Assembly: GCF_006345805.1 (NCBI RefSeq)
Contig: NC_043001.1
Location: forward strand, 134,974,001-135,038,000
From: Octopus sinensis
Taxonomy: Eukaryota
DNA: 64,000 nt
Reading direction: 5' to 3'
Part shown: positions 51,715 to 64,000 of the stretch, piece by piece
Layout: the number at the start of each line of letters is the position of its first letter
Numbering within the stretch: the first letter of the stretch is position 1
The notes under the pieces: model-generated
Seen by the model: only the letters and a program-made list of their open reading frames with translations
The model's database searches: none
What the model was told of the DNA's origin: nothing
Program-made: the position numbers and the translations under genes

Positions 51715-52410
51715 CTACTATAGGCACAAGGCCTGAATTTTTTTTTTTTTTTTTTTTGGTGGGAGGAAAAGTCGATTACATCGACACCCCGCCTCCCCAG
51801 TGATCAACTGGTGCTTATTTCATCGATCCCGAAAGGATGAAAGGCAAAGTCAATCTCAGCGGAAAGACGAACGAAATACCTATTTCTTTATTACCCACAA
51901 GGGGCTAAACACAGAGGGGACAAACAAGGACAGACATAGGTATTAAGTCGATTACATCGACCCCAGTGCGTAACTGGTGCTTATTTCATCGATCCCGAAA
52001 GGATGAAAGGCAAAGTCAATCTCAGCGGAAAGACGAACGAAATACCTATTTCTTTATTACCCACAAGGGGCTAAACACAGAGGGGACAAACAAGGACAGA
52101 CATAGGTATTAAGTCGATTACATCGACCCCAGTGCGTAACTGGTGCTTATTTCATCGATCCCGAAAGGATGAAAGGCAAAGTCAATCTCAGCGGAAAGAC
52201 GAACGAAATACCTATTTCTTTATTACCCACAAGGGGCTAAACACAGAGGGGACAAACAAGGACAGACATAGGTATTAAGTCGATTACATCGACCCCAGTG
52301 CGTAACTGGTGCTTATTTCATCGATCCCGAAAGGATGAAAGGCAAAGTCAATCTCAGCGGAAAGACGAACGAAATACCGCCAAGAATTTTGTCTAGAGCG
52401 CTATCGATTC
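51715..52410 (-). mobile_element. SINE B-derived 166-bp tandem triplication inside an older B-related copy
   Basis: GAAATACC ends at 51880 and 52378 (3 x 166); AAGTCGATTACATCGAC at 51945, 52111, 52277. Confidence 0.9.
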
Positions 52411-52706
52411 TGCAAGCGATGATGAATATGATGATGATGGTGTGGTGGTGGTGGTGGTGGTGGTGACAATTACGGCGATGATGATGATATGTGTGTGGGT
52501 ATGAGTGTGACACCCGTTTTACTTTTGTGCAAGTTTGTTTTACTGCTTGCTCTCCAACACATACTCTCTCTCCCCCCTCTCTCTCCCCCTCTCTCTCCCC
52601 CTCTCTCCCTCCTCTCTCTCTCGGTCACCCAACCAAACAAACAAACACATGATATATCAAATAATGTTGCGAAGGAAGCTGTCAAAGTTCTCTAGGATAG
52701 GGAAAT

Positions 52707-52872
52707 AGGCGCAGGAGTGGCGGTGTGGTAAGTAGCTTGCTAACCAACCACATGGTTCCGGGTTCAGTCCCACTGCGTGGCACCTTGGGCAAGTGTCTTC
52801 TGCTATAGCCCCGGGCCGACCAATGCTTTGTGAATGGATTTGGTAGACGGAAACTGAAAGAAGCCTGTCGTA

Positions 52873-52917
<45 letters not shown>

Positions 52918-53115
52918 TGTGTGTGTGTTTGTGTGTCTGTGTTTGTCCCTCTAGCGTTGCTTGACAACCGATGCTGGTGTGTTTACGTCCCCGTTACTTA
53001 GCGGTTCGGCAAAAGAGACCGATAGAATAAGTCCCGGGGTCGATTTGCTCGACTAAAGGCGGTGCTCCAGCATGGCCGCAGTCAAATGACTAAAACAAGT
53101 AAAAGAGTAAAGAGA
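52707..53115 (+). mobile_element. SINE family C
   Basis: Head, internal (TA)n(TG)n and tail as in the other copies. Confidence 0.9.
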
Positions 53116-53285
53116 TAACAAATACCTCTATGAGCACAGACAATTTTGTTGGGGACACGTTATGAACGAATGATTTCATCTGGGTTTTTTGCATTTTTCA
53201 ATGAAGGGCTCTTCCTGAAATGTTATCTATTTCTCTTCCTCGCATCGGATCTATTAGCTATTTGTCAATATTTGTCTGGTTTTAA

Positions 53286-53833
53286 GGCGGCGAGCTGGCA
53301 GAAACGTTAGTACGCCGGGCGAAATGCGTAGCCGTATTTCGTCTGCCGTTACGTTCTGAGTTCAAATTCCGCCGACGTCGACTTTGCCTTTCATCCTTTC
53401 GGGGTCGATAAATCAAGTACCAGTTAAGCACTGGGGTCGATGTAATCGACTTAATCCGTTTGTCTGTCCTTGTTTGTCCCCTCTGAATTTAGCCCCTTGT
53501 GGGTAGTAAAGAAATAGGTATTTCGTCTGTCTTTACGTTCTGAGTTCAAATTCCGCCGAGGTCGACTTTGCTTGTCATCTTTTCGGGGTCGATAAATTAA
53601 GTATCAGTTGCGTACTGGGGTCGATCTAATCGACTAGCCCCCTTCCCCAAAATTTCGGGCCTTGTGCCTTGAGTAGAAAATCATTTCGTCCGTCTTTACG
53701 TTCTGAGCTCAAATTCCACCGAGGTCGACTTTACCTTTTATCCTTTCGGGAGTCGATAAAATGGGGTCGATGTAATTGACTTACCTCTTCCCTTAAAATT
53801 GCTGGCCTTTTGCCAAAATTTGAAACCAATATT
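53286..53833 (+). mobile_element. Head-to-tail array of three SINE B-type bodies with three different tails
   Basis: Junctions GGTAT|TTCGTC (53521) and TCAT|TTCGTC (~53684); array flanked by CAATATT(T/C)GTCTGGTT at 53266-53281 and 53827-53842. Confidence 0.85.
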
Positions 53834-53916
53834 CGTCTGGTTGTTGTTGTTTAGATTGGTCCTCTCTGAGTAAACCTACAATCATATATTCGGTCCATGG
53901 TTACCTCGTCATATTT

Positions 53917-54305
53917 GGAGGCGCAATGGCCCAGTGGTTAGGGCAGCGGACTCGCGGTCGTAGGATCGCAGTTTCGATTCCCAGACCGGGCGTTGTGAGT
54001 GTTTATTGAGCGAAAACACCTAAGGCTCCACGAGGCTCTGGCAGGGATGGTGGTGATCCCTGCTGTACTCTTTCACCACAACTTTTTCTAACTCTTACTT
54101 CCTGTTTCTGTTGTACCTGTATTTCAAAGGGCCGGCCTTGTCACTCTCTGTGTCACACTGAATATCCCCGAGAACTACGTTAAGGGTACACGGTCTGTGG
54201 AGTGCTCAGCCACTTACACATTAATTTCACGAGCAGGCTGTTCCGTTGATTCGGATCAACCGGAACCCTCATCGTTGTAACCGACGGAGTGCTTCCATTC
54301 CATCC
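53917..54305 (+). mobile_element. SINE family A with 10-bp TSD
   Basis: TCGTCATATT at 53906-53915 and 54310-54319. Confidence 0.9.
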
Positions 54306-54329
54306 CACATCGTCATATTCAAATATTTC

Positions 54330-54650
54330 TGGCCTCCAACTTTTATTAATGACCGTGGATGAAGATCCCAGATGTCCGCCCTGTTAGCACAGCATTGTTC
54401 TCTCTCTCTCTCTCTCTCCAGTATAGAGTGTTCGATAGGATCTAAACCTGGGCAATATGATGTGCAAGGCAGTTTACTGCCCATGTAGCACGTCCTCCTC
54501 TCCACGTCACTATTGTATCCAAAGGAACAGCACGCCGGTTACAATTTGGTGCCAGCGTCGTCGCAGGAGTTGTCAGAACGAGGCTGCAGACAACGTCGAA
54601 ATACCACAGAGGTTCCAACTCTCGATTTTTCCAGGTTTACTTCCGAAGCC
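54330..54650 (-). mobile_element. Degenerate Tc1-like transposase C-terminal fragment
   Basis: SYCPGLDPIEHSIL resembles SPDLNPIE(N/H)xW; KVGGQKY resembles the Tc1 C-terminal GGxTxY; interrupted by (CT)n. Confidence 0.4.
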
Positions 54651-54903
54651 TTTCAGATGTTAGACAAACAATACTAATGTGGCTTTTTTTTTTTAAGATC
54701 ATAGGGTTGAACTGGTAACTAGAGCCACAAGACAACCTACTTGACAAACACAACTAATTACGTGACCAATAAAATTGTGATGGATAGAACTGAATCAAAT
54801 TAATTGATTTCTACATACATTGGTCACAGAAAGATGTTGGTATCATAAAATCTTAAATTTCCTTGAAAATATAAAACAGCAAGAAGCTAATTCTTAACTA
54901 CCT

Positions 54904-55003
54904 NNNNNNNNNNNNNNNNNNNNNNNNNNNNNNNNNNNNNNNNNNNNNNNNNNNNNNNNNNNNNNNNNNNNNNNNNNNNNNNNNNNNNNNNNNNNNNNNN
55001 NNN
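54904..55003. other. Assembly gap (100 N)
   Basis: Run of exactly 100 N, usually a placeholder of unknown size, abutting an (AG)n array. Confidence 0.99.
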
Positions 55004-55899
55004 AGAGAGAGAGAGAGAGAAGAGAGAGAGAAGAGAGAGAGAGAGAGAGAAGAGAGAAGAGAGGAGAGAGAGAGACCAGACACACACACACATACACACA
55101 CAGACACACACACACACACACACATACATACACAACCTCCTTTTTTTGCCTTTAATGGTTCATATTAATTTTCATCATCTTTCAATTTTAATTTCTGCTA
55201 GTTGGTTTTGTTTAATTAAATTGACCTGATATCATGTTTCTTAATTAAGTAATAATGATTTCTTACATTGGCAAAAAGCCACAGATTTATAAATAACGAG
55301 TATAATCCATGAAGTTGACCTCAATATACAACTAACATTGTTTTTTTTTTTATCGATCTCGGAATGAAGGAACTTAAAGACAGTAAAGACAACATCGGCA
55401 GAGGTACCCATAATTATCACAAGTCATTTTGTTCAGCGCTTTTACTGATTCTGCCAACCCTCTGCTTCTACTGATGATAATGACGATGATGATTATGACG
55501 ATGATGATAATGACGATGATGATGATGATGATGATGATAACAAGCAATTTTAGAGGGGGGAAAGGATTACACTGACCTCAGTATTTAATACTCTAATAAG
55601 CTCCTAAGAAATAATTGGCAAAAACGTGGCCCAAGCGAGTAACGGTTAAGCTTAGCTAAGCTATACACCACAACATGTTACTTATATATCTCCTTTCTAC
55701 ATCGTATTTTAGAGAGTAGGTTGTAGTCTGAGGGACATTTGCCAGCTTTTTCTAGTAAGTTATGCAATCACAAGTTTCCCTGATGACCTGACAGGTTATA
55801 TATGGAGCGAAAAAGAATAATTTCTTTATATACATAATGCCTTTCTGGTATCACTGTGTTGTGGGAAGAATGAGCATAAGAAAACTGTTCATATATGTG

Positions 55900-56287
55900 G
55901 TGGAAGCTCTCCGTCGGTTACGACGACGAGGGTTCCGGTTGATCCGAATCAACGGAACAGCCTGCTCGTGAAATTAACGTGTAAGTGGCTGAGCACTCCA
56001 CAGACACGTGTACCCTTAACGTAGTTCTCGGGGATATTCAGCGTGACACAGAGAGTGACAAGGCCTGCCCTTTGAAATACAGGTACAACAGAAACAGGAA
56101 GTAAGAGTGAGAGAAAGTTGTGGTGAAAGAGTACAGCAGGGATCACCACCATCCCCTGCCGGAGCCTCGTGGAGCTTTTTAGGTGTTTTCGCTCAATAAA
56201 CACTCACAACGCCCGGTCTGGGAATCGAAACTGCGATCCTATGACCGCGAGTCCGCTGCCCTAACCACTGGGCCATTGCGCCTCCAC
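55900..56287 (-). mobile_element. SINE family A
   Basis: Aligns to the other family A copies. Confidence 0.9.
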
Positions 56288-57500
56288 CACGTCCAAATAT
56301 GTAACCCAGACATCACTGATTCCATGAAGGCAGACAAACTCTGAAAACATCATGTAAAGGGGGCCATGCAACCTTGTATCCTTTAATAGCACAAATGAAG
56401 ATAACATTAACATCACACAACTGGAATCATCAGAACCGAAACAGATGACTGATGATCTCTCTTGACGAATACGCAACCTCAACATAGCAAAGACTACATT
56501 ACAACGATTGACTCTCCTCTTCAGAACCTGTAAATGTTTCAGCTTCTAACAACTAATTAATAACCCTCTGTCAAGCTCAATTGAGATCTCTTCAACGGTG
56601 TACTTTTCCCATATCTAGAACGGTGGTGCTACTTCCCCTATCACCACACTTCGTAAACCATATCCAGAAAAGACCACCCGACTGATTGACTCAAAGATGC
56701 TCACCAACTTACTCCATCTTCTGGCTTATGGACGTGCTGTCTCCTCTGTCTGCCTTTTCTGTCTCAGATATACGTGTGTGTATGTGATTGTGTTTGTTCC
56801 CAACCATCGTTTGACAGCTGATACTGGTTTGTTTATTCCCCCGTAACTTAGCAGTTCGGCAAAAAGACTCGACAGAATGAATATCAAGCTTTAAAAAGTA
56901 AGTATTGGAGTCGATGTGTTCGACTAAACCCTTCAGTGTGGTGCCTCAGCATGGCCGCAGTCCAGTGACTGAAACAAGTAAAAGATAAAGATAACACAAA
57001 ACGAAAGATAAAAGATTATACACACACACACACATATATATACAGATACACACACATGTATATATATATATACACGCATATACGCATACATCTGTGTGTG
57101 TGTTAATTGTCCAAGACTTCGTGACAAACAAAAGCGAGTTGATGGTCGATAAAAGATGACGCATGCAGATATAATAGACAGATAATGAAAGAAATTGACC
57201 AATGGGGAAACGGCAAACGATGCAGTCATTAAACAACAAAAAAAATAATAATAAATGCACTGCCTGACAATATCAGCGGCGAGCAACCATGGGTAATCAT
57301 CAATTATCGGGAGCAGATGGAACACAAACTTATCAATAGGGTTCAAGTGGGGGAAAAGACCCAAGCACAACGTCGCAAGTATTAATGCATAAATTATTCG
57401 TGATTATTACCAGAGCATCCGTTTATGTTCCAACTATACCGATACAAAGTGGGAAATGGAAGATAAATTCTAGGCAGTTAATTTCGATTGAGTCCCCTCT

Positions 57501-57866
57501 CACTCCGTCGGTTACGACAATGAGGGTTCCGGTTGATCCGAATCAACGGAACCGTCTGCTCGTGAAATTAACGTGTAAGTGGCCGAGCACTCCACAGACA
57601 CGTGCACCCTTAACGTAGTTCTCGGGGATATTCAGCGTGACACAGAGAGTGACAAGGCCGGCCCCTTGAAATACAGGTACAACAGAAACAGGAAGTAAGA
57701 GTGAGAGAAAGTTGTGGTGAAAGAGTACAGCAGGGATCACCACCATCCCCTGCCGGAGCGTCGTGGAGCTTTTAGGTGTTTTCGCTCAATAAACACTCAC
57801 AACGCCCGGTCTGGGAATCGAAACCGTGAGTCCGCTGCCCTAACCACTGGGCCATTGCGCCTCCAC
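57501..57866 (-). mobile_element. SINE family A with 11-bp TSD
   Basis: TTCGATTGAGT at 57483-57493 and 57867-57877. Confidence 0.9.
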
Positions 57867-58227
57867 TTCGATTGAGTACCATCATAGATTTGATAAAGAT
57901 CTTCAAGACATCGCGTGATTAAATTAGAGGGACTGGAAAAGAAGGGATGCTAAGGGAGCAAGAATTTTAGAGCGTTTGACATGCATTTAGCTGCCAGCTT
58001 ACATATTTTCTGTACAAATTCTGTCGAGGTTGTCTCTTCGTTATTTCGGAGTTCTATAAAATAAAGCACCAATAGAATACAGAGATTATGATTGACGCCA
58101 GATTGATGTACATCACACTAAGGTGTGGTAGGTCTGCTTTTCAATAATTAGGTATTTGACGAACGACATACATAATACAGAGGAAGATATGTGAAATCCG
58201 ACCATATTTTGTATTAAAAAAAACAAC

Positions 58228-58448
58228 TTTACTCTTTTACTCGTTTCAGTCATTTGACTGCGGCCATGCTGGAGCACCGCCTTTAGTCGAGCAAATCGAC
58301 CCCGGGACTTATTCTTTGTAAGCCCAGTACTTATTCTATCGGTCTCTTTTGCCGAACCGCTAAGTGACGGGGACGTAAACACACCAGCATCGGTTGTCAA
58401 GCAATGCTAAGGGGACAAACACAGACACACAAACACAAACACACATAC

Positions 58449-58534
<86 letters not shown>

Positions 58535-58696
58535 ACAGGCTTCTTTCAGTTTCCGTCTACCAAATCCACTCACAAGGCATTAGTCGGCCCGGGGCTATAG
58601 CAGAAGATACTTGCCCAAGATGCCACGCAGTGGGACTGAACCCGGAACAATGTGGTTGGTTAGCAAGCTACTTACCACACAGCCACTCCTGCGCCT
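58228..58696 (-). mobile_element. SINE family C
   Basis: Reverse complement of the 1087-1508 type; an older C-related copy follows at ~58720-59040. Confidence 0.9.
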
Positions 58697-59384
58697 ATTT
58701 ATGTTTTTGTCAAACTGTAGTTTATCTTTTACTTGTTTCAGTCATTATTGCGGCCATACTGGGGCACAGCCTTGGAGAATCTTTTGGTTGAATGAATCGA
58801 CCCTAGTACTTTTTTTCTAAGCTTGGTACTTATTCTATCGTTCTCTATTGCCAACGAAAACACACAGCACCGGTTGTCAAATGGTGGTGAGACACACATA
58901 CACACGACGGGCTTCTTTCAATTTCTGTCTACCAAATCCACTGACACGGTTTTGGCTGGCTCGAGGCTATAGTAGAAGACACGAACCCGAAACCATATGG
59001 TTGGGAAGCAAGTTTCTTACCACTCAGCCACGATGCGCCTATGTTAAAAATAGTAACAAAATTCTGTTTCAACTTGTCTTGAAATTATTTTCAATACTCT
59101 TAATATGTATTTTGTAAAATCAAGAATATTGGTGTCGGAAGTGTGATGGAGCGGACATGGCTGTGTGGTTAATAAGTTCATAATTATGTAGTTTGGAGTT
59201 AGATTCCTCGGGGCAGTATCTTGGACAAGTATCTTGTAACCATAGCCTATATTCGACCAGTGTATAGTGAGTGAAATATAGACGGATACGCGGCAGAATC
59301 TTATTAGACGGACTGTTTTAGTTCTTGTACAGTAGACATAAGCATAATCTGGTTTAAGGCCACCACATCGCCTCTGGGTGTGTT

Positions 59385-59690
59385 TAGTTAGTTAGTTAGT
59401 TAGTTAGTTAATTTGGCTCAAAAACAAATAGCAAGGCCATGTAGGGGGACATGGAGTTAAGTACAGGGTGGTGTTCATGTAAAGAGTTCAGGCCACTTGA
59501 GGTCAAGGGAGGCTTTGAACAAAGCGGTCGTCGGCATCTTCACCATCTCGTCTGGCAGCTTGTTCCACGGATCCGCAACCCGAGTCTATTCTGTTCAAAA
59601 ATTTGGATCAAGCCTGAGGAAAATTTCCTCTCTTCCTCCCACCAATCTTTGAAAAGTGTCGTGTGTGAGGCCTTCTCTCACTAAGCCATT
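59385..59690 (-). mobile_element. CR1-group LINE 3' end with (TAAC)n tail
   Basis: Minus strand RVADPWNKLPDEMVKMPTTALFKASLDLKWPELFT* (RVxxxWNxLP...FKxxLD motif), followed by a short UTR and (TAAC)n. Confidence 0.8.
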
Positions 59691-60025
59691 AAACAAAAAT
59701 GGAGTCTCTCCCTATGAGGTTTTTGAATATTTGCTTTCAGGATAACCTATCTTATTAATAACCAAAGGAAGAGCTTGCATGTAGCCGCTCGACCTCCTAG
59801 AAAGTGCAGCCAACTCTACCACGAATCACACCCTACCATCTCAGAAATAGAAGGCAACATTAGATAATGTCATTGTGGATGGATAGCTCTAAAAAGATGA
59901 ACTGACCACGGCTTGGCTACTGGGTCAACTCACTCACTAAATCACATCGAGAACAACCTGCCTGCTTGAGGTAGGGATTTTCAATGAACAACAACAGTAA
60001 AAATAATGGCAACAAGAAACAAACA

Positions 60026-60188
60026 AGCGCAGGAGTGGCTGTGTGGTAAGTAGCTTGCTAACCAACCACATGGTTCCAGGTTCAGTCCCACTGTGTGGCA
60101 CCTTGGGCAAGTGTCTTCTGCTATAGCCTCGGGCCGACCAAAGCCTTGTGAGTGGATTTAGTAGACGGAAACTGAAAGAAGCCTGTCG

Positions 60189-60275
<87 letters not shown>

Positions 60276-60497
60276 ATGTGTTTGTGTGTATGTGTTTGTC
60301 CCCCTAGCATTGCTTGACAACCGATGCTGGTGTGTTTACATCCCCGTCACTTAGCGGTTCGGCAAAAGGGACCGATAGAATAAGTACTGGGCTTACAAAA
60401 GAATAAGTCCCGGGGTCGAGTTGCTCGACTAAAGGCGGTGCTCCAGCATGGCCGCAGTCAAATGACTGAAAACAAGTAAAAGAGTAAAAGAGTAGAG
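60026..60497 (+). mobile_element. SINE family C
   Basis: Head, internal microsatellite and tail as in the other copies. Confidence 0.9.
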
Positions 60498-62209
60498 TAA
60501 ACCAAGCCAATAAAATATATAAGGATTTGGCCAATTCTGGATATTTTGGTTGTTTTTGTTTCTCGATTAATAAATCTGGAAAAAAAAAAAAATTCAACTC
60601 ATTACGAGTTGGTTGTATGACTGTTTTGCTCTACTAGTTTACAAAGCAATCGGCTTGTCATTATGCTGCACTACGAGATAGTTATATGATCGTTATGCTC
60701 CACTAGTTTTCCACTAGAGAAGATGTTACTATGTTGCTTGGAGACGCGTATTACTCTGCAATAAAAAACAAAAAAAACATCAATGTTTTTATGCTACACG
60801 TCTGAAGCTTCACTTTCATATCTTACACACGTTCAACTCAGGATGACATAGCTGTACATATATAATTAACTATACGAACTCATCAACACTAAGCGCTTTA
60901 TTACTTTCATACAAAAAATATTGTTTTTTTTTGTTTTCTGACATGTTCCCGAAGATTGAATTTATAAATCAACGATGCTAATAGTTTCTTTAATATCAAT
61001 TATGCATAAGAGAAGAGAACAAAATAGCACTGAAATAAAGTACAGTTTGTTTCATAATAAGCTGTTGTTAGTTTATTTTCTTTTACAGGCTCCCCGAGAA
61101 ACTGTTTCTAAAAGCTTTCTAACGCAGTTCTCTCTGAAGGCAGAAAAAACCCATATTTTACAATTATCTCTCACCAGCAGATGGAGTTATTCAAACATGA
61201 CAGATAGTAATTAGGAGATATAAAACGGTACAGAAATAAGCCAAAACAGAACGTGGTTGTAGAAACGGCAATAATCCACGGAGATTGAATTTCATTTTAC
61301 ACTTTATATTGATGTTTTATTGACTCTGTAACGAAGAATTAGATTAATTCTTTCACTAAACACGTAGATCCGTGATGCTGTGGATGAACTCATGCTTCTT
61401 AAAACTTTTTTTTTAATTACTTGTTCAGATGGGGAAGATTAGCGGCCATAAGTTTTTATCAGGATCTGCAAGACTGGTAGAAAGAAGGGACGAAGTTATC
61501 CTTAAGCCAGAGACCTTGCAATAGAGTGGACTCTGTTAAATACATTCAAGGCACCATGTATTGGTGTTAAAATGGACGATTGATTAAGCCTATCACTCAA
61601 GAACAGAAACGGGTCTCTCTAGCGGGCTTCCACAGACTTTCTGTTTAGTAAATTTTAACCTCAGAGCTCTGGTCGACTCGAGGTTATACCAAAGTATACA
61701 ATACACTTTCCCTAAGTTGTCGCGCTGTGGGATCCAACCAGAAACCATGAAATTGTGAAACGAACGTCTTAAGAGTATGGCCATGCCTTGAATTCAAATG
61801 AGAAATATGTTTTTCTTGGGCAGACTTTACTAGCATACTGTTCGTAAGCTTCCTTTGAAAAGCCTATATCTCACTGTTAAATGAACGGGGAAGAAATTGC
61901 AAAAATACCTTGCTCCTGTTCAGAGACGTAACAAAATACTTCAAAAAGTTTTAAGCTCATGATGACCCACAAACTGGTAATCTAATACAGGACCGTCTTC
62001 CTTACTTACTCAGTCAAATAACGATTTTAACTAACTCCAAATATTTTCCTAATCAGCAGGGCGTTGACCTGCCAGAACCGTTAGCACACCAGGGAAAATA
62101 TTTAGCGGCATTTTGTCCGTCTTTACGTTCTAAGTTCAAATTCCACCGGGATCGACGTTGTCTTTCATCCTATCGAGGCTGATAAAATAAGTACAAGTTG
62201 AACAATGTA

Positions 62210-62460
62210 TATTTCTTTACTACCCACAAGGGGCTAAACACAGAGAGAACAAAGAAGGACAGACAAACGGATTAAGTCGATTATATCGACCCCAGTGAGT
62301 AACTGGTACTTAATTTATCGACCCCGAAAGGATGAAAGGCACAGTCGACCTCGGCGGAATTTGAACTCAGAACGTAACGGCTGACGAAATACGGCTACGT
62401 ATTTCGCCCGGCGTGCTAACGTTTGTGCCAGCTCGCCGCCTTGTGCCAGCTCGCCGCCTT
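62210..62460 (-). mobile_element. SINE family B with 15-bp TSD, nested in an older plus-strand B-related copy (~62065-62540)
   Basis: AAGTTGAACAATGTA at 62195-62209 and 62462-62476; the head segment GTGCCAGCTCGCCGCCTT is tandemly duplicated. Confidence 0.92.
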
Positions 62461-63299
62461 TAAGTTGAACAATGTAATCGACTTTCCCCCCATATCGCCG
62501 AAATTACTGGCCTGGTGCCGAAATTTGAAACCAATAATTTTTTAAATCAGTTTATTTACCCGCTTGGAAACACTAAAAATGATCCAACTAACTCGTCTTT
62601 AATACCCATTCGGTTGCCTTAACATATGAGAAAAAAGAAAAAAAAAAAAAAAAAGAAACCCGAAGAACTCTCAGTTTTCAAAATAACGATGACTAATTTA
62701 CAAGTAAAACGCTATAAGACTATAGCTAGCATGTTATATAAGTTGGATTTTATTAACGTAATGCAGCAGAATTGTTTTCTTCAAATGCCGTTGTTAAACA
62801 GATAATGGTACTGGAGATTCATGGAGAGTATTTCTAGTATAAAATATAAAGATTGTTCGTGCAAGAAGACTTATGAAATACTTCAGATTAAATTGCAAAT
62901 TGAAAATAACGTCTGTGTGAGGTTTCAACTGATAGATGCGGTGAAGAACGAACGGAAAAGGTGAAGCCCAATATCTTACAGATTCCGAAAAGCCATGCAT
63001 GTTATATGCTGCTATTAGATTTGCAAATGCTTATTGACACAGGAAGAAAAAAAGTTTACACTGAAAGACAAATATTTTCTTATTAAATTCACAGAATATA
63101 CAGAAAATTTCTTTAATAAGTTTCGAAAAGCGCAGGCATGGTCGTATAGTAAGAAGTTTGCTTTCCAGTCACATGGTTTCGGGTTCAGTGCCACTGCGTA
63201 GTACCATGGGCAAGTGTCTTTCCTGTATAGCATCGAGTTGGACAAATAATTGTGAGTGGATTTGGTAGGTAGAAATTGAAAAGAAAACCGATTATATAT

Positions 63300-63533
63300 G
63301 GCGGCGAGCTGGCAGAATCGTTAGCACGCCGGGCGAAATGCGTAGCCGTATTTCGTCTGTCGTTACGTTCTGAGTTCAAATTCCGCCGAGGTCGACTTTG
63401 CCTTTCATCCTTTCGGGGTCGATAAATTAAGTACCAGTTACGCACTGGGGTCGATATAATAGACTTAATCCCTTTGTCTGTCCTTGTTTGTCCCCTCTGT
63501 GTTTAGCCCCTTGTGGGTAGTAAAGAAATATAT
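63300..63533 (+). mobile_element. SINE family B inserted in the internal microsatellite of a C-related SINE (~63128-63680)
   Basis: ATATAT at 63294-63299 and 63528-63533; the host SINE resumes on both sides. Confidence 0.88.
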
Positions 63534-64000
63534 AAATGTATGTATGTGTATGTGTGTGCGTATGTGTATTTGTACTTGTGTCAGTCTCCTCACCACTTGA
63601 AAACCTGTGTTGTTTCATTTACGTTCCTTCAAGGCGTTGCTCTAGAACGGCCACAGTAATAACTGAAACATGTAAAAGGGATTACTGATTTAAGATGGCA
63701 GAAATTAATGTAAAGATTATAGTGCAAAAGCTGAAGAAAACATTTCAAACACACTTTTCTTCTAATTCGTTCAGAGAAAAATGTTCGTGGAAAAAAAAGT
63801 TGGCAAAAATTTTTTCATAAAACATACATCGTAGGATTAGAAATATGGCCTAAGGAAAACAGCTTCGAAGAGCGTTCTTTGTATCAAATACAAATATAGC
63901 AGAGTTTTTTTGTGCGTAATTATAGTGAATTGATAAGCTACGATTAATTGAGATCGTTCAAGCAATTATGAGTAAAAGCTCCCTTTAGGGATGGGTGTTT

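Noticed and set aside
51769-52378. Regular repeats suggesting a CRISPR array
   Set aside because: The units are identical with no unique spacers, are SINE-derived, and lie in a eukaryotic context without cas genes.

Overview
Repeat-dense, apparently non-coding eukaryotic DNA. The combination of SINE families, (AT)n/(TATG)n/(TATC)n arrays and LINE types points to an octopus (coleoid cephalopod) genome; this is an inference from recognising the repeat families, not a database result. No host protein-coding exon could be supported. Most ORFs in the supplied track are microsatellite read-throughs or the same short frames repeated in every SINE copy. The only credible coding remnants are from transposons: RTE endonuclease/RT, CR1/L2-like RT, mariner/Tc1 and piggyBac. 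The window holds at least four tRNA-headed SINE families (called A-D here), non-autonomous Helitrons, internally deleted piggyBac and mariner elements with intact ends, and one 100-N gap. The most notable signals are: (i) three type-I hammerhead ribozyme motifs of the Penelope pseudo-LTR kind, one inside a ~200-bp near-perfect palindrome with a hammerhead copy on each strand; (ii) a CR1-like LINE 3' end that shares its tail with SINE family C; (iii) SINE B insertions whose target sites begin with the SINE's own terminal bases, giving self-nested arrays; (iv) a duplicated segment showing both the filled and the empty version of a SINE insertion site. All coordinates and alignments were read by eye, so boundaries of degenerate elements are approximate.
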